In this document: positions 55,406 through 64,000 of the stretch, one piece after another
Layout of the letters: every line of letters starts with the position of its first letter
Position numbering within the stretch: the first letter of the stretch is position 1
Assembly: GCA_963522175.1 (NCBI GenBank)
Contig: CAUQXC010000002.1
Span: 253,134 to 317,133, forward strand
From: an uncultured Lachnospiraceae bacterium
Lineage (GTDB): Bacteria > Bacillota > Clostridia > Lachnospirales > Lachnospiraceae
Reading direction: 5' to 3'
DNA length: 64,000 nucleotides
Notes under the pieces: generated by a model
Told to the model about the DNA's origin: nothing
Database searches by the model: none
What the model saw: the letters and a program-made list of their open reading frames with translations, nothing else
Made by a program: the position numbers and the translations under genes

Positions 55406-55858
55406 CTACATTTCAAAGAAATCCTTTGCCTTATTAATAAGCTCGAAAATCCTTTCATTTTGTCCGCTTAAATAAAGGTAGCCTATCAGGGCTTCAAAGG
55501 CTGTAGCATAACGATAATCCGATACCGTAGCATTTTTAGCTACGGTATGGCTTTTTGCATTTCTTCCTCTTTTGTACACACTCAGCTCTTTCGAGTTAAA
55601 GCCGTCCTTCAAAAACTTACCCAGCTCCGCCTGAGAATGTGCCTTTACAAGATCCGCACTCTTCTTGTGAAGCTTATTGACCGGTCTGTTTCCTTTTGAT
55701 AAAACAAAGCTTCTTACAATAAGCTCGTAAACGGCATCTCCTATGTATGCCAAAACGAGGGGTGATACCGTATCCACATCAAAATCTTCAGCCGAGAAAA
55801 AACGGGCACTTAGGTTGCTGACAGCTTCAAGCCCGGAGTTTTCTATATTCTCTTCCAT
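55406..55858 (-). CDS. mrnC: Mini-ribonuclease 3
   Basis: 150 aa. RNase III-like signature LAYIGDAVYEL and FEALIGYLYL. It overlaps the cysS 3' end. Confidence 0.85.
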   Translation of the reverse strand: MEENIENSGLEAVSNLSARFFSAEDFDVDTVSPLVLAYIGDAVYELIVRSFVLSKGNRPVNKLHKKSADLVKAHSQAELGKFLKDGFNSKELSVYKRGRNAKSHTVAKNATVSDYRYATAFEALIGYLYLSGQNERIFELINKAKDFFEM

Positions 55859-57252
55859 TTAACGCCTTCTCTTGTATCTTCCAAAACTATGCCTTTTTCT
55901 TTAAGCTCGTCTCTTATTCTGTCCGCTTTTGCAAAATCCTTATCCTTCTTAGCCTTGGTTCTTTCTTCTATAAGAGCCTCTATCTCTTCATCCAGACTGC
56001 CGTTTTCAAACTTGGTTATAATACCCAAAACATCGCAAAGCTTTTCCAAAGTATCAAGCATAGCCGAGGCATATTCTTTTGAAGAATCCTTGCTGACAGT
56101 TGTATTACCGAGCTTTACAAGTTCAAACACTGCACTTATGGCATCCGCGGTGTTAAAATCGTCATCCATGGATGCTTCAAACTTTTCTTTCAATGCTTTA
56201 AGCTCTTCAAGATACCCTTTCTCGCTTTCAAGCAGCTTGTCTGCGGTGATAAGCTTAAGATTGTCTCTAAGCTTATCTATCCCTGTAAGTATACGCTCCA
56301 AACCGTTTTTGGCAGCCTCCATAAGCGTCGCTGAAAAGTTCAGCGGACTTCTGTAGTGCGCACTTAACATAAAAAATCTCAAAACCTGAAGGTCATACTT
56401 TTCACTTATGTCTCTTACCGTGAAGAAATTACCCTCGGACTTTGACATCTTCTTGTTGTCTATATTTAAGAATGCGTTATGCATCCAATAGTTTGCAAAG
56501 GTTTTACCCGAACAGCACTCGGACTGGGCTATTTCATTTTCATGGTGCGGAAAAACAAGATCTTCTCCGCCGCCGTGTATGTCTATCTGCTCGCCCAAAT
56601 ACTTTTTTGACATAAGAGAGCATTCTATATGCCAGCCCGGTCTTCCTTTGCACCACTCAGCCTCCCAAAACGGTTCTCCGTCTTTTTTAGGCTTCCACAG
56701 CACGAAATCGGAAGGGCTTTCCTTGTCCGCCTCACCGCTCACCTTAAGCTCTCTAAGCCCCGACTGGAGCTCATCCATATTCTTGTGGCTCAGTTTTCCG
56801 TACTCCGCAAAGCTTGAAACTCTGAAGTAGACTGTACCGTCCTTTGCCGGATAGGCATGACCTTTTTGTATGAGATCGCTTATCATGTCTATCATTCCGT
56901 CAATCTCTTTTGTAGCCAAGGGATGTACCGTGGCAGGCAGGACATTCATCCCCGCCATGTCCTTTTTACATTCTTCTATATATCTTTCCGAAATAACATC
57001 GGCATCCACACCTTCTTCTATGGCAGCCTTTATAATCTTGTCGTCAACGTCGGTAAAGTTTGATACAAATTTGACATCATAACCGCTGTATTCAAAATAT
57101 CTTCTCACCGTATCAAAAAATATCATAGGTCTGGCATTTCCTATATGTATGAGGTTATAAACCGTAGGTCCGCATACATACATCCTCACCTTACCTTCTT
57201 CTATAGGCACAAACTCTTTTTTTGTTCTTGCCATAGTATCGTAAATCTTCAT
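55843..57252 (-). CDS. cysS: Cysteine--tRNA ligase
   Basis: CGPTVYNLIHIGNARP (HIGH) and KMSKSEGN (KMSKS). 469 aa. Confidence 0.95.
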   Translation of the reverse strand: MKIYDTMARTKKEFVPIEEGKVRMYVCGPTVYNLIHIGNARPMIFFDTVRRYFEYSGYDVKFVSNFTDVDDKIIKAAIEEGVDADVISERYIEECKKDMAGMNVLPATVHPLATKEIDGMIDMISDLIQKGHAYPAKDGTVYFRVSSFAEYGKLSHKNMDELQSGLRELKVSGEADKESPSDFVLWKPKKDGEPFWEAEWCKGRPGWHIECSLMSKKYLGEQIDIHGGGEDLVFPHHENEIAQSECCSGKTFANYWMHNAFLNIDNKKMSKSEGNFFTVRDISEKYDLQVLRFFMLSAHYRSPLNFSATLMEAAKNGLERILTGIDKLRDNLKLITADKLLESEKGYLEELKALKEKFEASMDDDFNTADAISAVFELVKLGNTTVSKDSSKEYASAMLDTLEKLCDVLGIITKFENGSLDEEIEALIEERTKAKKDKDFAKADRIRDELKEKGIVLEDTREGVKWKRI

Positions 57253-57277
57253 CTCATTTCCTCTCTGTTATACCTTT

Positions 57278-57820
57278 TTAAGCATTCTTATGGCAGGAAG
57301 CACATGAACCGCATGCATCCCTGTTAACATAGGTTGAAAAGGCATCACTCACCCCTGTAAGCAGACATACCGCATACGCCTTTATGCCCTTACTTTCCCC
57401 CGTAAAGCCGAGTCTTTCCTCTGTTGTCGCCTTCACATTCACCTGACTTATATCAAGGCTGAGGCAATCGGCTATATTCTGCCTCATCTTTTCTATATAA
57501 GGAGCGAGCTTCGGCTCCTGAGCTACAAGCGTAGCATCTATATTTTCTATTATATAAGTTTTTTCTTCAATAAGTCCGCCAACTTCTTTCAATAGCTTCA
57601 TACTGTCGGCATCCTTATACTTTTCATCAGTATCCGGAAAATGCTTTCCGATATCGCCTAAAGCCGCCGCTCCCAGCAAGGCATCACTTACGGCATGCAA
57701 CAAAACATCCGCATCCGAATGCCCTAGTAAGCCCAAGTGAAACGGAATATCAACTCCTCCGATTATGAGCTTTCTTCCCTCAACCAATTTATGTACGTCA
57801 TAACCATGACCTATTCTCAT
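57278..57820 (-). CDS. ispF: 2-C-methyl-D-erythritol 2,4-cyclodiphosphate synthase, with a short Cys-rich C-terminal extension
   Basis: [21 protein letters not shown] and [12 protein letters not shown]. Start at ATG 57820, with GAGG 5 nt upstream. The tail ...[29 protein letters not shown] extends past the usual end of the family. Confidence 0.9.
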   Translation of the reverse strand: MRIGHGYDVHKLVEGRKLIIGGVDIPFHLGLLGHSDADVLLHAVSDALLGAAALGDIGKHFPDTDEKYKDADSMKLLKEVGGLIEEKTYIIENIDATLVAQEPKLAPYIEKMRQNIADCLSLDISQVNVKATTEERLGFTGESKGIKAYAVCLLTGVSDAFSTYVNRDACGSCASCHKNA

Positions 57821-57833
57821 AAACACCTCTGTA

Positions 57834-58820
57834 TCAACAAATAAATTTTAACTTCTCCAGTATACAACTCAAAGTTATATCCGAATACTCGCCACACAGC
57901 TCTCCGTCCGCATGAACAAAACAAGGGGCATCAAAGTGTATACATATTTCCTTACAATCGTAATGCTTCACACCCGAATAATTCAAATGTCCTCCCAGAA
58001 GAGAAGCAAGCAGGATTTTTATGAACTTATACCTGCTTTTCTGATGTATGAGGCATATACTAAGCTCTCCGTCATTATTTTTTGCCTTGGGAGCAAACTT
58101 GAAACCGCCGCCCTCATAAGGATGTATGTGAGTAGAGATAAAGTATATATTATTAAATTCCAGCTTTTTAACGCCATCAATAAGGATAAAGCCTTTGTTT
58201 GTCTTTGCTTCAAACAGATGCTTTATCCCAAGCTTTATATATGTAAATTTTTTTAAAATACCTCCCCGGTATCTGCTCTTGCCTTTAATCTCGGCATACT
58301 TCTCGACTATACCGGCATCAAAGCCTATACCCGAGCTCACCAAAAAACGCTTATGTCCTTCCGAACCGAAGCTTAATATTCCGTAGTCAAGAGCTTTTAT
58401 GTGCTTTCTGTCAAGAATTCTCTTGAGGCAAAGGTAAGGATTTTTAGGTAAACCCAGACCTCTCGCAAGGTCGTTTCCGGTGCCTGCGGGTATATGCCCG
58501 AAAATCAGTTTTTTGTTGGTGCATATTCCTTCTATCATGTCGTTTACCGTTCCGTCACCGCCCACGGCAACCACAATATTTTCTTCATCTTTGCAGTTTT
58601 CGGCACAGATCCTCGCCGTTATTTCTCTTGCCTCTCCTTTGTATTTTGTTATAAAGGAGTTATACTTCAAATTATGTTGCTTTAAATACGTTTCCAGCCT
58701 CTTCCACACCTTCAAGGAACGTCCTCCGCCCGAAGTCGGATTTATTATAAAAGTAATCAAAATGTACTCCCTCACCGCCTTGTATTTGCTCTGATTATAG
58801 CATATATAACCAATAAGCAT
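57834..58820 (-). CDS. Diacylglycerol-kinase-family lipid kinase (YegS/BmrU-type)
   Basis: [22 protein letters not shown] and [10 protein letters not shown] motifs. Confidence 0.8.
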   Translation of the reverse strand: MLIGYICYNQSKYKAVREYILITFIINPTSGGGRSLKVWKRLETYLKQHNLKYNSFITKYKGEAREITARICAENCKDEENIVVAVGGDGTVNDMIEGICTNKKLIFGHIPAGTGNDLARGLGLPKNPYLCLKRILDRKHIKALDYGILSFGSEGHKRFLVSSGIGFDAGIVEKYAEIKGKSRYRGGILKKFTYIKLGIKHLFEAKTNKGFILIDGVKKLEFNNIYFISTHIHPYEGGGFKFAPKAKNNDGELSICLIHQKSRYKFIKILLASLLGGHLNYSGVKHYDCKEICIHFDAPCFVHADGELCGEYSDITLSCILEKLKFIC

Positions 58821-58882
58821 TATAAATTTTACATAAAATTATTATAACAATAGTGAGGGACACATTTTGTCATTCCGGGAAC

Positions 58883-60844
58883 TTATTTTTCTTCTTCTTT
58901 AAGCTCTTCTCTTATCTGTTTTGTACGTATCTCCTTGCATATAAGATCCGTAAATTCCTCTATACTCCTGCTTCCTTCATCTCCGGCAAATCTGCTTCTT
59001 ACGGAAACCGTTTTTTCGGCTTCCTCTTTTTCTCCGACTACCAGCATATACGGAAGTCTGTCAAGTCTTGCAGCCCTTATTTTAAAGCCTATCTTTTCGC
59101 TTCTTTCATCTACAGTCGCATCCACACCGTTTGCTGTGAGTATATTTTTCACCTCGTTTGCATAAGGCGCATACTTCTCGGATATAGGCAGTATCCTTAC
59201 CTGTTCGGGACATAACCATGTAGGGAATTTTCCCGCATACTTTTCAATAAGCCATGCAAGAGTTCTCTCATAACAACCGAGACTTGTTCTGTGTATTATA
59301 TACGGACGTTTTTTCTCACCGTTTTTATCTATGTAATACATATCAAACATATCCGCTATGGCACAGTCAAGCTGTATGGTAATCATTGTATCTTCTTTAC
59401 CGTACACATTTTTTGCCTGTATATCTATCTTAGGACCGTAGAATGCGGCTTCGCCGTCCGCCTCCTTGAAAGGAAGCCCTTTATCGACAAGAATTTTCCT
59501 GAGTGCCGCCTGGGTTGTTTCCCAATATTCCTCATCTCCAAGGTATTTTTCCTTATTCTCCTTGTCCCATTTTGAAAGTCTGAAGCTTACATCGTCTTTA
59601 AGTCCCAAGGTATCAAGTACATGTATGGCGAGATTCAAACAGGATTGAAGCTCCTCCTCCGCCTGGTCCGGTCTGATCACAAGGTGTCCTTCACTTATCG
59701 TAAACTGTCTTACCCTTGTAAGTCCGTGCATTTCTCCCGAGTCTTCATTTCTGAAAAGTGTGGAAGTTTCACCCATTCTGTAAGGTAAATCTCTGTAAGA
59801 TTTTTGTGTATTCTTGTATACATAATACTGGAAAGGACAGGTCATAGGTCTTAAAGCAAAAACCTCCTTGTCATTTTCCTCATCTCCGAGAACGAACATT
59901 CCGTCTTTGTAATGATCCCAGTGACCGCTGATTTTATAAAGGTCCGACTTTGCCATAAGAGGGGTCTTTGTTCTCACATATCCCCACTCTCTGTCTTCTA
60001 TATCCTCTATCCATCTTTGAAGCTTCATAACCATCTTTGTACCCTTAGGTAAAAGAAGAGGAAGTCCCTGTCCAATAACATCAACGGTGGCAAACAACTC
60101 CATTTCACGACCGAGCTTGTTGTGATCTCTTCTCTTTATATCTTCAAGATGCTCAAGATAAGCCTGTAAATCCTCTTTGTTGTTGAATGCCGTTCCGTAT
60201 ATTCTTTGAAGTTGAGCTTTGTTTGAATCGCCCCTCCAGTATGCCATGGATGAAGAAATAAGCTTGAACGCCTTTATTCCCTTTGTACTCGGAATATGAG
60301 GTCCCGCACAAAGGTCGGTGAACTCTCCCTGCTTATAAAAGCTTATAACGGCTTCTTCAGGAAGATCCTGTATAAGTTCAACCTTATACGGCTCGTTTTT
60401 TTCTTCCATAAACTTGATCGCTTCCTGTCTCGGAAGTTCAAATCTTTCTATCTTGTGGTTTTCTTTTATTATTTTTTTCATCTCGGCTTCGAGTTTATCA
60501 AGATCCTCTCTTGAAAACGGTGCATGATCTATATCATAATAAAATCCGTTTTCAATAGCAGGTCCTATTGCAAGCTTTGACTCCGGAAATACTCTTTTAA
60601 CAGCCTGTGCAAGTATGTGACTTGCTGTGTGTCTCATTACAAAAAGCCCTTCCTCATCATTTGCGGTAATAAGGTTAAGCTCGCAATCCTTATCAAGTAC
60701 CGTTCTTAAGTCAACTATGTTTCCATCTACCTTCGCTCCCACACAAGCTCTTGCAAGACCTTCACTGATATCCTTCGCTATATCCGCTACGGACATAGGA
60801 CTTTCGTATTCTTTTACCGAATTGTCTTTTAATGTTATTTTCAT
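58883..60844 (-). CDS. thrS: Threonine--tRNA ligase
   Basis: Starts MKITLKDNSVKEY (TGS domain). Contains the editing-domain motif HTASHILAQA and a class II catalytic core. Start trimmed to ATG 60844, which has AGGAGAGG just upstream. Confidence 0.95.
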   Translation of the reverse strand: MKITLKDNSVKEYESPMSVADIAKDISEGLARACVGAKVDGNIVDLRTVLDKDCELNLITANDEEGLFVMRHTASHILAQAVKRVFPESKLAIGPAIENGFYYDIDHAPFSREDLDKLEAEMKKIIKENHKIERFELPRQEAIKFMEEKNEPYKVELIQDLPEEAVISFYKQGEFTDLCAGPHIPSTKGIKAFKLISSSMAYWRGDSNKAQLQRIYGTAFNNKEDLQAYLEHLEDIKRRDHNKLGREMELFATVDVIGQGLPLLLPKGTKMVMKLQRWIEDIEDREWGYVRTKTPLMAKSDLYKISGHWDHYKDGMFVLGDEENDKEVFALRPMTCPFQYYVYKNTQKSYRDLPYRMGETSTLFRNEDSGEMHGLTRVRQFTISEGHLVIRPDQAEEELQSCLNLAIHVLDTLGLKDDVSFRLSKWDKENKEKYLGDEEYWETTQAALRKILVDKGLPFKEADGEAAFYGPKIDIQAKNVYGKEDTMITIQLDCAIADMFDMYYIDKNGEKKRPYIIHRTSLGCYERTLAWLIEKYAGKFPTWLCPEQVRILPISEKYAPYANEVKNILTANGVDATVDERSEKIGFKIRAARLDRLPYMLVVGEKEEAEKTVSVRSRFAGDEGSRSIEEFTDLICKEIRTKQIREELKEEEK

Positions 60845-60910
60845 TTTTCCTCTCCTCATAATATTAATCTGAACTCTTTACCTGCGCCCGAAGCCCTGAA
60901 ATTTTGAAAT

Positions 60911-61125
60911 CAAAAAGTCCCTCAGACACAGTAACTGCATCTAAGGGACGATATAAACCGCGGTTCCACCCTAATTGTTTTCACCTCTCAATTATGATTG
61001 TAACGTAATCAACGTGCTGTATTAAAGCCACTCCGAGCCGGTTTTCATATACGGAAATGCCGAAGCTTGCACCGAACGCTTCTTCTCTGTGTTCTTTCCT
61101 GTATACTACTCTTCTCATCAACGTT
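60911..61125 (-). promoter_or_regulatory. T-box leader (threonine specifier ACC) with terminator
   Basis: Minus strand has Stem I elements (UUGAUGAGAAGAGUAG, CAGAGAAG) and a specifier-loop context AUGAAAACCGG with ACC at 61042-61040. The T-box sequence AAUUAGGGUGGAACCGCGG is at 60976-60958. The terminator GUCCCUUAGA...UCUGAGGGAC plus U5 is at 60949-60911. Confidence 0.9.
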
Positions 61126-61138
61126 TTGTTTATAGGGG

Positions 61139-61167
61139 TATGATAATACTTTAAATCCGTCTTGTCA
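61139..61167 (-). promoter_or_regulatory. Putative promoter of the thrS T-box leader
   Basis: Minus strand reads TTGACA, a 17-nt spacer, then TATCAT, about 15 nt upstream of Stem I. Confidence 0.6.
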
Positions 61168-61203
61168 AGAAGAACCGTAATTAATGCCGTTTGAAAGATT
61201 TTC

Positions 61204-62511
61204 CTAAACTATAGCCTTAAACGCCTCTTCAAGGTCCTCAATAATATCATCTATATTTTCAACGCCTATGGATAATCTGATTGTATTAGGCTTGATATTT
61301 TGTTCTTCCAAAGCTTTTTTCGTACTCTGGCTGTGTGTCGTAGTTGCCGGATGTATAACCAAAGACTTTACATCCGCAACATTGGCAAGAAGGGAGAAAA
61401 GCTCGAGATTGTCGATAAACCTTGTAGCCGTTTTTTCATCACCCTTAATTTCAAAGGTAAATATGGAGCCGCCGCCCTTAGGATAATACTTTTTATACAG
61501 GCTTTGTTGATTTTTATCCTCGCTTAATGATGGATGATTCACTTTTTCAACCGAAGGATGCTTACTCAGATATTCAACAACCTTTAAGGCATTTTCCACA
61601 TGCCTTTCCACTCTGAGAGACAGAGTTTCAAGTCCTTGTAAAAGTATAAATGCATTAAACGGTGAAATAGTGGCTCCCGTATCTCTAAGTAAAAGCGCTC
61701 TTATTTTTACCACAAAAGCTGCCGCTCCCACAGCCTTTGTAAAGCTCAGTCCGTGATAGCTCTCATTAGGCTCTACAAGAGAAGGGAACTTTCCCGAAGC
61801 CTCCCAGTCAAACTTACCGCTGTCAACGATAACACCGCCGAGACTCGTTCCGTGACCGCCGATAAACTTTGTAGCCGAATGTATGACTATATCCGCACCG
61901 TGTTCTATAGGACGAACCAAAAAAGGAGTGGCAAAGGTATTGTCTATGATAAGCGGTATCTTATTCTCATGTGCTATGGCGGCAATACCTTCTATATCGA
62001 CAACTTCGGAGTTAGGATTTCCCAAGGTTTCTATAAAGACAGCTTTCGTCTTTTCATCTATAGCCGCTCTTATATCGGCTTCATTGAAGATATCGACAAA
62101 TTTAACCTCTATTCCCATGTTCGGCAAAGTGTGTGCAAAAAGATTTGAGGTTCCGCCGTATATGTTCTTTGCCGATACTATATTGTCCCCGCTCTTTGCT
62201 ATATTCAAAATACTGTAAGTAATAGCAGCCGATCCGCTTGCAACGGCAAGAGCGGCAACTCCGCCCTCAAGAGCAGCTATTCTTTGCTCAAAAACATCTT
62301 CTGTAGGGTTCATAATTCTGCTGTATATATTGCCCGGTTCTTGCAGGGCAAATCTTGCCTCCGCCTGAGCGCAATCTTTAAAAACATAGGATGTTGTCTG
62401 ATATATAGGCACGGCTCTTGCACCCGTTGTAAGGTCCGGATTTTCCTGTCCTACGTGTAATTGTAAGGTTTCAAATTTTAAATTTCTGTTTTTTCTTTCT
62501 TTTTTTGACAT
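61204..62511 (-). CDS. metY: O-acetylhomoserine aminocarboxypropyltransferase / sulfhydrylase
   Basis: Cys/Met-metabolism PLP family. Contains FETLQLHVGQ, and HSATKFIGGHG with the PLP lysine. About 435 aa. Start trimmed to ATG 62511, with GGTGG 8 nt upstream. Confidence 0.85.
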   Translation of the reverse strand: MSKKERKNRNLKFETLQLHVGQENPDLTTGARAVPIYQTTSYVFKDCAQAEARFALQEPGNIYSRIMNPTEDVFEQRIAALEGGVAALAVASGSAAITYSILNIAKSGDNIVSAKNIYGGTSNLFAHTLPNMGIEVKFVDIFNEADIRAAIDEKTKAVFIETLGNPNSEVVDIEGIAAIAHENKIPLIIDNTFATPFLVRPIEHGADIVIHSATKFIGGHGTSLGGVIVDSGKFDWEASGKFPSLVEPNESYHGLSFTKAVGAAAFVVKIRALLLRDTGATISPFNAFILLQGLETLSLRVERHVENALKVVEYLSKHPSVEKVNHPSLSEDKNQQSLYKKYYPKGGGSIFTFEIKGDEKTATRFIDNLELFSLLANVADVKSLVIHPATTTHSQSTKKALEEQNIKPNTIRLSIGVENIDDIIEDLEEAFKAIV

Positions 62512-62565
62512 ATTTAATACCACCTGTTTTATATTTATAAGTACACTTTAAAGCCTTTTTTTATT

Positions 62566-63498
62566 TTACTCCGTAAATAAAGGAGTTGAATAATATCTGT
62601 CCGCCGAATCCGGTAAAAGAACAACTATAGTCTTACCCTCATTCTCTTTTCTTTTTGCGAGTTCTATACCGGCAGCCAAAGCCGCTCCGCTTGAAATACC
62701 CGCAAACACTCCTTCCTTGGAAGCAAGATATTTTGAGTTTTCAAATGCTTTTTCATTATCTATTTTAATTATTCCGTCGTATACGGATGTATTTAAGGTT
62801 TCCGGTATGAAGCCCGCACCTATTCCCTGTATTTTGTGCGCTCCCGCCGCTTCTCCGGAAAGAACTGCGGAACCTGAAGGCTCAACGGCATACACCTGTA
62901 CACTGCTCTTTTTCTCTTTTAAGAACTCCCCGGCTCCCGATAGGGTTCCGCCGGTGCCTACTCCCGATACAAATATATCCACCTCTCCCTCAGTATCTCT
63001 CCATATTTCAGGTCCTGTTGTCTTTTTATGTACCTCAGGGTTTGCGGGATTGTTAAACTGCCACGGAACAAAGCTGTTCGGTATGCTTTGTGCAAGCTCC
63101 TCCGCTCTTGCAATGGCACCCTTCATTCCCTTTGCACCCTCTGTAAGCACAAGTTCGGCACCGTAGAACTTTAGTATGTTTCTTCTTTCTATGCTCATAG
63201 TATCCGGCATCACCAATATCACCTTAAATCCCAATGCCGTTCCTACAAGAGCAAGGCCTATTCCTGTATTACCCGATGTCGCCTCTATAATGGTGGAGCC
63301 TTCTTTCAATAAGCCCTTTTCCACGGCATCCTCTATCATAGCCTTTGCTATACGGTCTTTAACCGATCCTCCCGGATTGAGTGCTTCAATCTTTACCAAA
63401 AGCTTTGCTTTAAGTCCCAAATCCTTTTCTATTCTTGTAAGTTCAAGCACAGGTGTGTTTCCTATCAATTCCAATGCTGATTTATATATCTTTGACAT
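62566..63498 (-). CDS. cysK: Cysteine synthase A (O-acetylserine sulfhydrylase)
   Basis: NPGGSVKDR (PLP lysine), TSGNTGIGLA and GVGTGGTLSG motifs. 310 aa. Confidence 0.9.
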   Translation of the reverse strand: MSKIYKSALELIGNTPVLELTRIEKDLGLKAKLLVKIEALNPGGSVKDRIAKAMIEDAVEKGLLKEGSTIIEATSGNTGIGLALVGTALGFKVILVMPDTMSIERRNILKFYGAELVLTEGAKGMKGAIARAEELAQSIPNSFVPWQFNNPANPEVHKKTTGPEIWRDTEGEVDIFVSGVGTGGTLSGAGEFLKEKKSSVQVYAVEPSGSAVLSGEAAGAHKIQGIGAGFIPETLNTSVYDGIIKIDNEKAFENSKYLASKEGVFAGISSGAALAAGIELAKRKENEGKTIVVLLPDSADRYYSTPLFTE

Positions 63499-63544
63499 AA
63501 GAGCCTCCTAAAATAAATATTTTACTTTATGTTTCATACTCGGG

Positions 63545-63573
63545 ATTATAAACCCTATTAACATACTTGTCAA
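63545..63573 (-). promoter_or_regulatory. Consensus sigma-A promoter of cysK-metY
   Basis: Minus strand reads TTGACA, a 17-nt spacer, then TATAAT. Both hexamers are perfect. It lies about 45 nt upstream of the cysK ATG. Confidence 0.65.
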
Positions 63574-63583
63574 GTATGTTAAT
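63557..63583. promoter_or_regulatory. 27-bp perfect palindrome (candidate operator) spanning both divergent -35 boxes
   Basis: ATTAACATACTTG-T-CAAGTATGTTAAT has 13-bp arms that are exact reverse complements. It overlaps the -35 and spacer of the cysK promoter and the -35 of the divergent promoter. Confidence 0.6.
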
Positions 63584-63595
63584 CAAAAATATAAA
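63567..63595 (+). promoter_or_regulatory. Putative promoter of the divergent DUF4364-like gene
   Basis: Plus strand reads TTGTCA, a 17-nt spacer, then TATAAA(T), about 65 nt upstream of the ATG at 63660. Confidence 0.5.
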
Positions 63596-63659
63596 TAAAA
63601 CTTGAATTTAGGCTTCAATCTTGCTATCATTAAGTTAATTATTTATCTTGGAGGATGAT

Positions 63660-64000
63660 ATGATAAATGACTCTATGACACTGTATAAATTAATGATTCT
63701 TTATATTTTAAACAATGTTAATTTTCCTGTAAGCAATAATCAGCTTTCCGAATTTTTTTTGGGCTCTGGCTATACGGATTATTCCAATCTTCAGCAGGCA
63801 CTTTCGGAACTTATAAATTCTGGTCTTATAAATATTGAAAGCACACACAACTCCAGCAGATACACAATCAGTAAAAGCGGTGAGCAAACCCTTGAATTTT
63901 TGGGAGACAAGCTTTCAAACACCATAACGACGGATATCAGCAATTACCTCAGAGAAAACAAATTCAGAATGAGAAACGAATCAAGCTCAAGTGCTTCCTA
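63660..64000 (+). CDS. DUF4364-like small winged-helix protein (partial; runs off the window end)
   Basis: Not in the ORF track because no stop lies within the window. My translation reads MINDSMTLYKLMILYILNNVNFPVSNNQLSEFFLGSGYTDYSNLQQALSELINSGLINIESTHNSSRYTISKSGEQTLEFLGDKL..., with GGAGGA 5 nt upstream. The family assignment is from memory. Confidence 0.6.
   Translation, partial: MINDSMTLYKLMILYILNNVNFPVSNNQLSEFFLGSGYTDYSNLQQALSELINSGLINIESTHNSSRYTISKSGEQTLEFLGDKLSNTITTDISNYLRENKFRMRNESSSSAS

Noticed and set aside
1-64000. CRISPR arrays, rRNA/tRNA genes, integrases, transposases and prophage genes.
   Set aside because: None was seen. The only tandem repeats are the coding 18-bp units in the PBP tail. 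No ORF shows recombinase or transposase motifs.

Overview
AT-rich Firmicutes (Clostridia-like) chromosomal segment. About 60 protein genes are packed almost entirely on the minus strand; only coaX and the final partial gene are on plus. I saw no rRNA, tRNA, CRISPR array or intact mobile element. Most of the window is recognisable housekeeping: metNIQ, pepV-like dipeptidase, prfC, coaBC/coaX, a reduced dcw cluster (mraZ-rsmH-ftsL-PBP-mraY-murD-ftsW-ftsQ-ftsZ), lgt, ychF, a TroABCD-type metal importer, a NitT/TauT-type ABC importer, an FMN-riboswitch-controlled ribU, tyrS, ldh, rlmB-mrnC-cysS-ispF, a T-box-controlled thrS, and metY-cysK. Three regions are not ordinary. (1) Positions 1-11633 form a 13-gene co-directional cluster. 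It combines an orphan ABC importer, two exported rhodanese lipoproteins, two TVP38/TMEM64 membrane proteins, a CCG-type Fe-S protein, a kinase-like protein, a fused DUF2064+GT2 transferase and a SAM methyltransferase. This parts list recalls the uncharacterised E. coli ydjXYZ-ynjABCDE locus and the rSAM/selenodomain (arsenosugar)-associated transferase pair. It is my best candidate for an undescribed sulfur/selenium/arsenic-related system. (2) Positions 11826-14651 hold three tandem paralogues of an unknown membrane-anchored protein, interleaved with an eroded lipase_3-like pseudogene. This looks like an orphan-immunity-island layout. (3) The metal transporter operon encodes a permease fused to a complete DtxR-type repressor and has a matching palindromic operator upstream. 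Next to it is an unexplained GC-rich structured element. All functional calls come from motifs I read by eye in the supplied translations. No database search was run.
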